64,000 nucleotides of DNA, taken from the NCBI GenBank assembly GCA_020442465.1, contig JAGRJY010000006.1, forward strand, positions 19,938 to 83,937. Reading direction: 5' to 3'. Positions 34,387-44,079 of the stretch are shown here, piece by piece. The notes beneath the pieces were generated by a model. That model had not been told where the DNA came from. It searched no databases and was given only the letters and a program-made list of their open reading frames with translations. Source of the DNA: Lysobacterales bacterium. Its GTDB lineage: Bacteria; Pseudomonadota; Gammaproteobacteria; Xanthomonadales; Xanthomonadaceae. Each line of letters starts with the position of its first letter. The first letter of the stretch is position 1. The translations under genes were made by a program, and so were the position numbers.

Positions 34387-34827
34387 GACGACGTTTGACG
34401 GCAGTTCGCTTGTGCTAACCCTTCAACCCAGCCTAGCGCCTCATCGGGATACGACTTCCCGAATCACACTGACCCCCTCGCGGGTTCAGCGTACCCGCTT
34501 GGGTGGCTACATTGCGGAGCGCTTGGCACCGGACCGTTACCAGTCCCGCACCGCTCCGTTGGCTACCGGTGGCTGAACACCGGGTCGGTCATGGGCGATA
34601 AATTGCCCACGCCGACAATTACTTGCGCGGCCTTCGCCGCGTAGGACATTTGCACCCGCGGGTACAAATGCCGGTCCTTTTCGACGGTGGAGAAGATGGT
34701 GAGGCCATCTTTCGCACCGCGCCTTCCGACGTAACGTCGGTTGGCTCCTTGCTCCTGTCTTGGGTTAAGAGGTGACAGGGTTACCCCTTCTAAACGCACG
34801 ACCGTGGCTACGCGGCTCGTGTCGCAC

Positions 34828-34866
34828 GCTTGGGAAGCTGCAGTTCTACCATTGAACTACACCCGC
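34828..34866 (-). tRNA. tRNA-Gly(CCC) 5' exon (39 nt) of the intron-interrupted host gene
   Basis: Revcomp GCGGGTGTAGTTCAATGGTAGAACTGCAGCTTCCCAAGC directly followed by the intron GTGCG. Confidence 0.93.
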
Positions 34867-34877
34867 ACAGGGCAGCG

Positions 34878-34907
34878 ATAATATCGCTCCCTTCACTCCA
34901 CCGGCAA
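34878..34907 (-). promoter_or_regulatory. Putative sigma70 promoter of the tRNA-Gly/intron transcript
   Basis: TTGCCG-18 nt-TATTAT followed by a GC-rich discriminator, 11 nt upstream of tRNA +1. Confidence 0.55.
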
Positions 34908-34933
34908 TTCGGAGCGCACCATGCGGACCTGGC

Positions 34934-35134
34934 ATGCAGATTGAGCTCAACGGCAGCCCGACCCGGCTCGACGCCGACGCCACGGTGGCGGTGCTGATCG
35001 AATCGCTCGGCCTGAGCGGACGGCGCGTGGCGGTGGAGGTCAACCGCGAGATCGTGCCGAAGAGCGAGCACGCGACCCGCGCACTGGCGGACGGCGATCG
35101 GGTTGAGCTGGTGCACGCCCTGGGCGGAGGCTAG
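34934..35134 (+). CDS. thiS: Thiamine sulfur carrier protein
   Basis: 66 aa, [12 protein letters not shown]-terminal GGG. Confidence 0.95.
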   Translation: MQIELNGSPTRLDADATVAVLIESLGLSGRRVAVEVNREIVPKSEHATRALADGDRVELVHALGGG

Positions 35135-35294
35135 GTTCGGCAGGCGCCGTGGCCCGGGGCACAGCGCCGGCGCGGCGGTGATTCTGCACGTAGGGGCAGC
35201 GCGCCGACCTTGGGCGATGCGCTGGCCAAGCCGGCTCTGCCACATGCCACGCCACGACGGCTCATGCCATCGCTGACGACCCTGAAGCGGCGCC

Positions 35295-37355
35295 TCAGTG
35301 CGTGCGATTCGGCCCCGGCATCGTCGTCCACGACCCGGTCACCGACGAGGCCAGCACGACCTGATCGCGGCCGGAGCCCTTGGCGTGGTAGAGCGCTGCG
35401 TCGGCCTCGTCGAACAGGTCTTCCGGACGCTTGAGCTCGCGGCCTTCGGTACCGGCCACGCCTATGCTCACCGTCACCTTGTCGAGACCATCGCGACGGA
35501 TCGCACCCACCGCCTCGCGCACCCGCTCCGCCAGCCGCGCGCCCACTGCGACCTCGGCGCCCGGCAGCAGGATCACGAACTCTTCACCGCCCCAGCGCGC
35601 GATCAGGGTGCCGCTGCGCACCGACGACTGCAGGGTGCGGGCAATCGAACACAGCACTTCATCGCCGACGGCGTGCCCGTAGGTATCGTTGAACTGCTTG
35701 AAGTGGTCGACGTCGACCACGAGCATGGTCAACGGCGTTCGCCGCGTCTGCGCGTCGTCGAACTGCTGTGCCAGCCGCTGGGTGAACTCGCGCCGGTTGG
35801 CGACGCCGGTCAGCGGATCGGTGCTTGCTGCCCTGGCGAGCAGATCGGCGCGCTTCTCGAGCTCGCGATGGGCCTGTGACAGATCTTCGCGACTCGACAC
35901 CAGTTCGGAGTTGGTGCGCGACAGCCGGCGCGCAAAACGGCGGCTCTCGGCGTAGCGCCAGGCCAGCAGCAGCGCAGCCAGGCCCAGCGTGGCGATGACC
36001 AGCAGGCCGCGCCACTGCCGCGTCTCCTCGTCGCGCAAGCGCAGCGCCTTGATCTCGTTGTCGCGCTTGAGGATCTCGATTTCGCGCTCGGCCGCCTCGG
36101 TGCGGTGCTGCGACTCCAGCACGGCCAGTCGGCGATTCATGTTGAGACCGCTGATCTGCTCCTGCAGGCGCAGACTTTCCTCGGCGATGTCCAGCGCCCG
36201 GTCATGCATGCCGCGTTCGCGCAGCACCGGCATCATCGCCCGGTAGCTGGTCAGCAGCTGCGGCTGATCGTGCCCACGCTGGTACATCGGCAACGCCAGC
36301 TCCCACAGCGCGAGGGCGTCCTCTTCACGGCCCTGGCGACGGGCAATCTCGGCCAGCAGCGCGCGAAAGTCGGCGAGGGTGCCGTGCTGCTCGATGCGCT
36401 CGGCGATGGCCGCACCCGCCTCGAGGGCGGTACGCGCCTCGTCGAGCCGGTTCAGCCCGAGCAGGGCGCGCCCTTCTTCCAGCCGTGCATAGGCGCGTCC
36501 GGGCGGGCTGTCGAGGCGCTCGACCAGACTGAGGGAGTCGCGCGCCAGTCCAAGTGCTTCGGAGTAGGTGCCGCGCAGGTTCGAAATCTTCGCCATGCTG
36601 CCGAGCAAGGGCGCCTCACGCGCAGCGTCGGCCTGCCGCCGTGCCTCGGCCAGGCCCTGCTCGAGAAACTTGCGCGACGTTTCGTACTCGCGCAAACCGG
36701 CGTAGAGCAGGCCGAGATAGTGCAGGGTGCGATCGAGTTCGGCCTTGGCGCCTTCCGCCTGCAGGCGCTGGCTCTCGCGCAGCGACTCCAGTGCGGTCGA
36801 GTACTCGCCCTGATTCAGACGGATGAGCCCGATGTGGGTCAGCACGGCAGCAATGCCGTCGCGATCGCCGAGCTGGCGGAACAGCGACAGCGCACGCTCG
36901 AAGCCACCGATCGCTTCGTTCAGCGCACCCTGGCGACGCTCGAGCAACCCGATGTCCAGCTCGGCCTGCGCGACGCCCGACAGGTCGCCGCGCTCGGAGG
37001 CCTGGTTCAGCAGCGCGCGGTGCCGGTCGATGGCCTGGGTGTAGCGACCACGACGGAAGTCGATCTGCGCCAGGGCGCGCTCCACCGCTTCGCGCTCGCT
37101 CGGCTGCTTGGCGTGCTCGGCCGCCTCGCCCAACACCCGCTCGGCCGATTCGAAATCGCCGGCGGCCAGCAATCTGCTCGCATCGGCCAGCCGCGTACGC
37201 ACCGCTGCCGCCATCGGAATGGCGGACGCCGCGCTGACGTCGGAACCGGTTTCCGACGGCGTGACCTCGTCAATGTCGATGTTGGCGCGCGCATGGCACG
37301 TCGCGAGCGCCAGCAGCATCGCGGCTGCCAAGCGCCAGATCGATGAATGATGCAT
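35295..37355 (-). CDS. Signal peptide/TPR/TM diguanylate cyclase
   Basis: Signal peptide, TPR repeats, TM, TDPLTG...RWGGEEF; start uncertain. Confidence 0.88.
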   Translation of the reverse strand: MHHSSIWRLAAAMLLALATCHARANIDIDEVTPSETGSDVSAASAIPMAAAVRTRLADASRLLAAGDFESAERVLGEAAEHAKQPSEREAVERALAQIDFRRGRYTQAIDRHRALLNQASERGDLSGVAQAELDIGLLERRQGALNEAIGGFERALSLFRQLGDRDGIAAVLTHIGLIRLNQGEYSTALESLRESQRLQAEGAKAELDRTLHYLGLLYAGLREYETSRKFLEQGLAEARRQADAAREAPLLGSMAKISNLRGTYSEALGLARDSLSLVERLDSPPGRAYARLEEGRALLGLNRLDEARTALEAGAAIAERIEQHGTLADFRALLAEIARRQGREEDALALWELALPMYQRGHDQPQLLTSYRAMMPVLRERGMHDRALDIAEESLRLQEQISGLNMNRRLAVLESQHRTEAAEREIEILKRDNEIKALRLRDEETRQWRGLLVIATLGLAALLLAWRYAESRRFARRLSRTNSELVSSREDLSQAHRELEKRADLLARAASTDPLTGVANRREFTQRLAQQFDDAQTRRTPLTMLVVDVDHFKQFNDTYGHAVGDEVLCSIARTLQSSVRSGTLIARWGGEEFVILLPGAEVAVGARLAERVREAVGAIRRDGLDKVTVSIGVAGTEGRELKRPEDLFDEADAALYHAKGSGRDQVVLASSVTGSWTTMPGPNRTH

Positions 37356-37477
37356 GCCTGAGCCCATCCCCCGCCCTTGCCGCGTACTGTACCGCGTTCG
37401 AGCGCGCGGCCGGCGTTCCTCCCGTCGGTTCGCAACGATTGCGCCCTTTCGCCGGCGCGCCGGGCCATAATCGCGGT

Positions 37478-38269
37478 ATGAATGCATCGACCGAAGACAC
37501 GCTCACCATCGCCGGGCGCAGCTACCGCTCGCGCCTGCTCACCGGCACCGGAAAATTCGCCGATTTCGACCAGACCCGTCTCGCGACCGAGGCGGCAGGC
37601 GCGGAAATCGTCACCGTCGCGATCCGTCGCACCAACATCGGCCAGGAGCCCGGGCAACCCAACCTGCTCGACGTGCTGCCTCCGTCGCGCTACACGCTGT
37701 TGCCGAACACCGCAGGCTGCTACAGCGCCGACGATGCCGTGCGCACCTGCCGCCTGGCCCGCGAACTGCTCGACGGCCACAAGCTGGTCAAGCTCGAAGT
37801 GCTCGGCGACGCGAAGACGCTGTTCCCCGACGTGGTGCAGACGCTGTCCGCCGCCGAAGTGCTGGTGCGCGACGGATTCGACGTCATGGTCTACACCTCC
37901 GACGATCCGGTGCTGGCCAAGCGTCTGGAGGAAATCGGCTGCGTGGCAGTGATGCCGCTGGCGGCGCCGATCGGCTCGGGGCTGGGCATCCAGAACCGCT
38001 ACAACCTGCTCGAGATCGTCGAGAACGCGAAGGTACCGATTCTGGTCGACGCCGGCGTCGGCACCGCTTCGGACGCGGCCGTGGCGATGGAGCTGGGCTG
38101 CGACGGCGTGTTGATGAACACGGCCATTGCCGGCGCGCGCAATCCGGTGTTGATGGCCGGCGCGATGCGCAAGGCTGTCGAGGCGGGTCGCGAGGCCTTT
38201 CTGGCCGGAAGGATCCCACGCAAGCGCTACGCCAGCGCGTCTTCGCCGGTGGACGGCCTGATCGGCTGA
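37478..38269 (+). CDS. thiG: Thiazole synthase
   Basis: [37 protein letters not shown]. Confidence 0.96.
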   Translation: MNASTEDTLTIAGRSYRSRLLTGTGKFADFDQTRLATEAAGAEIVTVAIRRTNIGQEPGQPNLLDVLPPSRYTLLPNTAGCYSADDAVRTCRLARELLDGHKLVKLEVLGDAKTLFPDVVQTLSAAEVLVRDGFDVMVYTSDDPVLAKRLEEIGCVAVMPLAAPIGSGLGIQNRYNLLEIVENAKVPILVDAGVGTASDAAVAMELGCDGVLMNTAIAGARNPVLMAGAMRKAVEAGREAFLAGRIPRKRYASASSPVDGLIG

Positions 38270-38973
38270 TGGTTCGCGAGGAGTCCATGCCGGACGGCGC
38301 GCGTCGGCGGCCCATTCGCAGCTTCGTCCTGCGCCAGGGCAGGCTGACGCCGGCGCAGCAGCGGGCGATGGACGAGCTCTGGCCGCGCTACGGCCACGAC
38401 CCGGTCGGCGCGCCGGTGGATTGGGATGCCGTGTTCGGCCGTCGGGCCGAGCATGTGCTGGAAATCGGCTTCGGCAACGGCGAGGCGCTGGATCACGCCA
38501 GTGCGCACGAGGCGCACCGCGATTTCGTCGGCATCGAAGTGCACCGCCCGGGCGTCGGTCGCCTGCTCAACGCGCTGGCGGCGCGCGATGCCAGCAACGT
38601 GCGCGTGGTCTGCCACGACGCGGTCGAGGTGCTGCAGGGCGACTTCGCCGAAGGCTCGCTGGACGAAGTACGGATCTGGTTTCCTGACCCCTGGCACAAG
38701 AAGCGTCACAACAAGCGGCGACTGATCCAGGCCCCCTTTCTCGACCTGCTGGCCAGCCGCCTGCGGGGCGGCGGCTTGCTGCATCTGGCGACCGACTGGG
38801 AACCCTACGCCGAACACATGGTCGAGACGCTGGAGGCCCACCCGAGCTTCACCAACCGGCTCGGTCCGGCGCGTTCTGCGCCTCGACCCGAGTGGCGTAT
38901 TCCCACCCATTTCGAGCAGCGCGGCCAACGCCTGGGACACGGCGTCTGGGACCTGCTCTACGACCGGCGCTGA
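38269..38973 (+). CDS. trmB: tRNA (guanine-N7)-methyltransferase
   Basis: [32 protein letters not shown]. Confidence 0.96.
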   Translation: MVREESMPDGARRRPIRSFVLRQGRLTPAQQRAMDELWPRYGHDPVGAPVDWDAVFGRRAEHVLEIGFGNGEALDHASAHEAHRDFVGIEVHRPGVGRLLNALAARDASNVRVVCHDAVEVLQGDFAEGSLDEVRIWFPDPWHKKRHNKRRLIQAPFLDLLASRLRGGGLLHLATDWEPYAEHMVETLEAHPSFTNRLGPARSAPRPEWRIPTHFEQRGQRLGHGVWDLLYDRR

Positions 38974-38976
38974 CCG

Positions 38977-40812
38977 GTGGACGAGATCGGCGGTCTGCCC
39001 ACTGACGCCATCCTGGTGCTGGCGCTGGTCGGCTTCACCATGTTCATGTTCACCTGGGAGCGCCTGCGCCCGGACGTGACCGCCCTGCTCGTGCTGGTCA
39101 CCCTCGGCTTGAGCGGGCTGGTTCCTGCCGAGCAGCTGTTCGCGGGATTTTCGGGCAACGCCGTCATCAGCGTCATGGCGACAATGATCCTCGGCGCCGG
39201 CCTCGATCGTGCCGGCGCGCTGAACCGGCTGGCGGGGTGGCTGCTTCGGGTCTCCCAGGGCTTCGAGGAGCGACTCATTCTCGCGACCTCGGTGGTCGCC
39301 GGCGGCATCTCGGCCTTCATGCAGAACCCGGCGGTCACCGGGCTGTTCCTGCCGGTGGCGTCGCGCCTGTCCACGCGCACCGGCGTCAGCCTCGGTCGCA
39401 TGCTGTTCCCGATCGCGGCATGCGTTCTGATGGGTGGCGGCCTGAGCATGGTCGGCAACTCGCCGCTGATCCTGCTCAACGATCTGCTGAGCTCCGCCAA
39501 CAACAATCTGCCGTCGGGTGTGGCCACGCTCGAACCGCTCGGCATGTTCGCACCGTTGCCGATCGGCCTCACCCTGCTGGCGACCGCGCTGATCTTCTTC
39601 CGTCTGTTCGGCCGGCGCCTGCTTGGCGGCGGGGAAGAGAAATCGGTGGCGCCCGGCCGTACCGAAAGCTACTTCGCGCGCACCTACGGCATCGAAGGCG
39701 ACGTCTTCGAACTCACCGTCACCTCGGAGAGCCCGCTCGTCGGTATGTCGGTGGGCGAAGCCGAGGCACAGCGGGGAGCGCCGCTGCTGCTGGCGTTGAA
39801 GAACGGCAACGAATCGCGTCTGTCACCGCCGGCCGACAGCATGATCTGGGTCGGCAGCGTGCTCGGGGTGATGGGACGACGCGAACAGATCCAGGACTAC
39901 GCGCAGAACAACCTGCTGCGCCAGCACGCGCGCCTGCGCCACTTCGGCGACCTGTTCAACCCGAGCCGCGCCGGCATTTCCGAGGCCGTCGTACCGCCGA
40001 CTTCGCGATTCATCGGCCAGACCTCACGCGAGATCGGTTTGCGCAAGCGACTCGGCATCAGCCTGCTCGCGATCAACCGCGGCAGCGATGTGTTTCGCGA
40101 AGACGCCCGCCAGGAGCCGATCCGCGCTGGCGATCTGCTGGTCTTCCACAGCGTCTGGCGTGACCTCGCCCAGGCCGGCAGCTCGCGCGACTTCGTGGTG
40201 GTGACCGACTATCCGAAAGAAGAGCAGCGGCCGCACAAGCTGATGCACGCGGTGCTGATCTTCATGGGCGCGGTGCTGCTCTCGTTGAGCGGACAGATCT
40301 CGGTGCCGGTCGCACTGATGGCCGGCGTCGTCGGCATGCTGCTCGCCGGCGTGCTGAAGATGGATGAGGCCTATGCCTCGATCAACTGGAAGACCGTGTT
40401 CGTCATGGCTTGCCTGATCCCGCTCGGCTGGGCGATGGATTCTTCCGGCGCCGCGGCCTACATCGCCGGCGAACTGTTCGAACGTTTCGGCGAAGTACCC
40501 CACTGGCTGCTGCAGACGCTGATCGCCATCCTCACCACCCTGTTCGGGCTGATGATCAGCAACGTCGGCGCCACGGTGATCATGGTGCCGATGGCGATCA
40601 ACCTCGCGATCTCGCACGGCGACGCACCGATTCCCTACGCGCTGATCGTCGCGCTCTGTGCATCGAACAACCTGATCAGCGTGTCGAATCCGGTGCTGTC
40701 GATGGTGGCCGGTCCCGGCGGCTACCGCGGCGTCGACCTGATCAAGATCGGCGCACCGCTGAGCATCATCTACATCACCGTCGTGGTGCTTATGGTCAAC
40801 CTGGTGTACTGA
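38977..40812 (+). CDS. SLC13-family permease with TrkA-C domains
   Basis: Multi-TM protein; GFSGNAV, SPLVG TrkA-C repeats, GPGGYR. Confidence 0.88.
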   Translation: MDEIGGLPTDAILVLALVGFTMFMFTWERLRPDVTALLVLVTLGLSGLVPAEQLFAGFSGNAVISVMATMILGAGLDRAGALNRLAGWLLRVSQGFEERLILATSVVAGGISAFMQNPAVTGLFLPVASRLSTRTGVSLGRMLFPIAACVLMGGGLSMVGNSPLILLNDLLSSANNNLPSGVATLEPLGMFAPLPIGLTLLATALIFFRLFGRRLLGGGEEKSVAPGRTESYFARTYGIEGDVFELTVTSESPLVGMSVGEAEAQRGAPLLLALKNGNESRLSPPADSMIWVGSVLGVMGRREQIQDYAQNNLLRQHARLRHFGDLFNPSRAGISEAVVPPTSRFIGQTSREIGLRKRLGISLLAINRGSDVFREDARQEPIRAGDLLVFHSVWRDLAQAGSSRDFVVVTDYPKEEQRPHKLMHAVLIFMGAVLLSLSGQISVPVALMAGVVGMLLAGVLKMDEAYASINWKTVFVMACLIPLGWAMDSSGAAAYIAGELFERFGEVPHWLLQTLIAILTTLFGLMISNVGATVIMVPMAINLAISHGDAPIPYALIVALCASNNLISVSNPVLSMVAGPGGYRGVDLIKIGAPLSIIYITVVVLMVNLVY

Positions 40813-41140
40813 GCCACACCGCCTCGTCGGCGCGTTCGACCGCCACCGATCGCAGGTGCTCTCCGCGGCAGGGACCGGAAACGCAACGCCCCTCTTTCAG
40901 CTCGAAACAGGCGCCATGGGCGGCGCAGATGAGCAGGCCGTCTTCGAGCATGAAGCGGCCCGGCGACCAGTCCAGTCGCCGACCCGCGTGCGGGCACACG
41001 TTCAGGTAGGCACGCACAGACTGGTCTTCGCGCAGCAGGATCAGCGACTCGGGGCCATCGGGCGTTTCCACCTCATGGGCGCTCAACCCTTCCGGCAGGG
41101 CCGTCCAGTCGCAGATGCGGATGTCTGTGGGCAATGTCAC
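40796..41140 (-). CDS. Rieske (2Fe-2S) ferredoxin
   Basis: NVCPHAG and ICAAHGACF, GPC; GTG start inferred. Confidence 0.85.
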   Translation of the reverse strand: MTLPTDIRICDWTALPEGLSAHEVETPDGPESLILLREDQSVRAYLNVCPHAGRRLDWSPGRFMLEDGLLICAAHGACFELKEGRCVSGPCRGEHLRSVAVERADEAVWLSTPG

Positions 41141-41225
41141 TTGTGGGCCTGTAGCAACGTCGGGATACTGCAGCGCCCGCGAAGACGCGGGCGAAGTGTG
41201 CCATGAGGAGCGCAAGGTGATCAGG

Positions 41226-41516
41226 ATGCATAGCAGTCGAATCTTTGTGGCCAGGCCGTTTGCAGTGCGGCGTGGGCGCGGCTTCATGCGCATCCTCGGC
41301 GCCGCCGCCGGGCTCGTCCTGCTGGCCGCCGCCTCGACCGTGGTGCTGGTGGTCGCCGTCGGCGTCGGCCTGGTCTGGGGCGTGCGCCGTCTGCTCGTCG
41401 GCGCGTCCGACGGCGCTGCGCCGCGCGAGCAGCGCGCGCACGATCCGCAAACCCTGGAAGGCGAGTTCCGCGTGGTGACTCCCGAATCGCTCGAACAGTC
41501 AACGCGGGAGCGCTGA
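41226..41516 (+). CDS. Small membrane protein, hypothetical
   Basis: Hydrophobic segment and C-terminal TLEGEFRVV; ends 2 nt before the next gene. Confidence 0.6.
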   Translation: MHSSRIFVARPFAVRRGRGFMRILGAAAGLVLLAAASTVVLVVAVGVGLVWGVRRLLVGASDGAAPREQRAHDPQTLEGEFRVVTPESLEQSTRER

Positions 41517-41518
41517 GC

Positions 41519-42199
41519 ATGAGCTGGCTGTTCGAGCCCGCCGCGACGCCCTCGCTCGCGGTACACGGCGAATCGTCGCGCTTCCCGCTCCATCGCATCT
41601 ACTGCATCGGCCGCAACTACGCTGCCCACGCCCGCGAGATGGGCGCCAGCGTCGACCGCGAGCATCCGCTGTTCTTCTGCAAGCCGGCCGATGCGGTGGT
41701 GACCGACGACGCAGACGTGCCCTACCCCTCAGCCACCCACGACCTGCACCACGAAGTCGAGCTGGTCGTCGCGATCGGTCGCGATGCGGAGGGACCGGTC
41801 GAAGTCGAGCAGGCCACCTCGTTGATTTACGGCTACACGGTGGGCCTCGATCTCACTCGCCGCGACCTGCAGGGCCTGGCCAAGGCCAAGTCGCATCCCT
41901 GGGACGTGGCCAAGGCCTTCGACGCGTCCGCCCCGATCGGCGCGCTGCGACCGGGCCTGCCGCCGGCGGATGCAGCGGTCTGGCTGCGCGTCAACGACTC
42001 GCTGCGCCAGCAGGCCGCGCTGCGCGACATGGTGTGGAGCATCGCCGAAATGCTTGCCGAGCTGTCACGACTGTTCCGTCTGCGCGCGGGCGACCTCGTA
42101 TTCACCGGCACCCCCGAGGGTGTCGCCGCACTGCATCGCGGTGACCGCTTCGTCGCCGGCCTCGACGGCGAAGAGTTGCTGTCCGGTCGGATCGTCTGA
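41519..42199 (+). CDS. Fumarylacetoacetate hydrolase family protein
   Basis: CIGRNYAAH, FFCKP, HHEVEL, DLTRRD, TGTPEGV. Confidence 0.92.
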   Translation: MSWLFEPAATPSLAVHGESSRFPLHRIYCIGRNYAAHAREMGASVDREHPLFFCKPADAVVTDDADVPYPSATHDLHHEVELVVAIGRDAEGPVEVEQATSLIYGYTVGLDLTRRDLQGLAKAKSHPWDVAKAFDASAPIGALRPGLPPADAAVWLRVNDSLRQQAALRDMVWSIAEMLAELSRLFRLRAGDLVFTGTPEGVAALHRGDRFVAGLDGEELLSGRIV

Positions 42200-42334
42200 G
42201 CACGCGCGGGCGCGCTCGACGCGGCTGAGCACAAGCCCGGGGAGACAGCGACCGAGGATGACTGCCTCGCGCTTCCGCTGCCCCGAGACAGCGGCTACAG
42301 TGCAGGCTCCCGCAGCCCTGACGAGGACGTGTGC

Positions 42335-42757
42335 ATGAGCCTGATGAGCGAGTTCAAGACGTTCGCCATGCGTGGCAACGTGGTGGATCTGGCGGTCGGC
42401 GTGGTAATTGGCGCCGCGTTCGGCAAGATCGTGTCGTCGCTGGTCGACGGCATCGTGATGCCGCCGCTCGGCCTGCTGATCGGTGGGGTGAATTTCTCCG
42501 ATCTTGCGGTGACGCTCAAGGAAGCAGTGATGGCGGCCGACGGCACCGTGGCGGCACCCGCCGTCATGCTGAAGTACGGCGCCTTCCTGCAGACCGTGTT
42601 CGATTTCACCATCGTCGCCTTCGCGATCTTCATGGTGATCAAGGCGATGAACAGCATGCAGAAGAAGGCCGAAGAAGCGCCCGCCGCGCCACCGGAGCCC
42701 TCGAAGGAGGAGAAGCTGCTCACCGAGATTCGCGACCTGCTCAAGGAGCGCGGATAG
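42335..42757 (+). CDS. mscL: Large-conductance mechanosensitive channel
   Basis: [28 protein letters not shown]; LLTEIRDLL. Confidence 0.97.
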   Translation: MSLMSEFKTFAMRGNVVDLAVGVVIGAAFGKIVSSLVDGIVMPPLGLLIGGVNFSDLAVTLKEAVMAADGTVAAPAVMLKYGAFLQTVFDFTIVAFAIFMVIKAMNSMQKKAEEAPAAPPEPSKEEKLLTEIRDLLKERG

Positions 42758-42784
42758 CGTCCTCCGACAGGCGCGAGTCCGAAA

Positions 42785-42814
42785 GAAAAAACCCCGGCAT
42801 GCCGAGGTTTTTTC
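42785..42814. terminator. Bidirectional intrinsic terminator between mscL and gap
   Basis: gaaaaaacc-ccggc-at-gccga-ggttttttc hairpin flanked by A and T tracts. Confidence 0.8.
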
Positions 42815-42836
42815 CGGCCGTGTCGCGTGCTGGCGC

Positions 42837-43850
42837 CTACTTGGCCGCCATCAGCGCCTGGGTCATGTCGAGCATGCGGTTGGAAAAGCCCCACTCGTTG
42901 TCGTACCAGGCCAGCACCTTCACCAGCGTGCCACCCATCACCCGGGTCTGCGTGCTGTCGTAGATCGAGCTGTGCGAGTCGTGATTGAAGTCGATCGACA
43001 CCAGCGGCTTGGTGTTGACGCCGAGAATGCCCTTGAGCGGGCCGTTCGCCGCTTCGTTCACCGCCGAGTCGATCTCGTCCTTGCTGGTGGCGCGCGCCGC
43101 CACGAAGCTGAGGTCGACGACCGACACGTTGATCGTCGGCACGCGCATCGCGAAGCCGTCGAGCTTGCCGTTGAGCTCGGGCAGCACCAGGCCCACCGCC
43201 GCCGCTGCGCCGGTCTTGGTCGGGATCTGGCTCATCGTGGCGCTGCGCGCCCGGCGCAAATCGCTGTGATAGACGTCGGTCAGCACCTGATCATTGGTGT
43301 AGGCATGGATCGTGGTCATCAGACCATGGACGATGCCGATCTTGTCGTGCAGCACCTTGGCCAGCGGCGCAAGGCAGTTGGTGGTGCAGCTGGCGTTCGA
43401 GATCACCTGATGACCGGCTGTCAGCTGGTCATGGTTGACGCCATAGACGAAGGTGCCGTCGACGTCGCTGCCACCGGGCGCCGAAATCACCACCTTCTTG
43501 GCGCCCCCGGCGATGTGCGCGCCGGCCTTGGCCTTGGAAGTGAACAGCCCGGTGCACTCGAGCACGACGTCGACACCGAGATCGCCCCACGGCAGCTTCG
43601 ACGGGTCGCGTTCTGCAAACACCTTGACCCGATCGCCGTTCACCACCAGATCGCCGCCCTCGACCACGACCGTGCCGGGGAACTTGCCGTGCGCCGTGTC
43701 GTACTGGGTCAGGTGGGCATTGGTCTCGGCATCGCCCAGGTCGTTGACCGCGACCACGTCGAAGTCCTTGTTGCGGCCCGACTCGTGGATGGCCCGCAGC
43801 ACGTTGCGTCCGATGCGGCCGTAGCCGTTGATGGCGATCTTGATGGCCAT
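42837..43850 (-). CDS. gap: Glyceraldehyde-3-phosphate dehydrogenase, type I
   Basis: [30 protein letters not shown]. Confidence 0.97.
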   Translation of the reverse strand: MAIKIAINGYGRIGRNVLRAIHESGRNKDFDVVAVNDLGDAETNAHLTQYDTAHGKFPGTVVVEGGDLVVNGDRVKVFAERDPSKLPWGDLGVDVVLECTGLFTSKAKAGAHIAGGAKKVVISAPGGSDVDGTFVYGVNHDQLTAGHQVISNASCTTNCLAPLAKVLHDKIGIVHGLMTTIHAYTNDQVLTDVYHSDLRRARSATMSQIPTKTGAAAAVGLVLPELNGKLDGFAMRVPTINVSVVDLSFVAARATSKDEIDSAVNEAANGPLKGILGVNTKPLVSIDFNHDSHSSIYDSTQTRVMGGTLVKVLAWYDNEWGFSNRMLDMTQALMAAK

Positions 43851-44079
43851 GCGATCAACTCTCCTGAATGAATGCGGGCTTGAGCCCCGGAAAAGCTGGC
43901 GATTATACCAAGGGTGCCGGCATCCCCCGACCGCATCGGGTGGCATGTCGGCATGCCCGAACGGGCTTGCCCGGCGCTGCCTGTCCTGCCGATGCCGCGG
44001 CGAAGGCACAGGGCCGAAGCCTTGATGGTGCGCTGTGCGGCCACGCCAGCGCTCGCGTCTGCGGTAATCTGCCGCCCGC

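Larger units (their letters stand above)
32124..34827 (-). mobile_element. Group II intron (IIB, CL1-like), 2704 nt, inserted in the tRNA-Gly(CCC) anticodon stem
   Basis: Starts GTGCGAC at 34827 and ends CCCGAC at 32124; DV at 32165-32198 with AGC triad; DVI with bulged A at -7; removal restores a 74-nt tRNA. Confidence 0.95.

Noticed and set aside
34787-34799. GTGCGTTTAGAAG as the real intron 5' end
   Set aside because: Only the GTGCG at 34827 follows IBS1/IBS2 and restores the tRNA on splicing; the second site is kept only as a possible relic.
33919-34799. Small ORFs within the intron 5' region
   Set aside because: They overlap ribozyme domains I-IV, which the RNA structure explains; no coding features.
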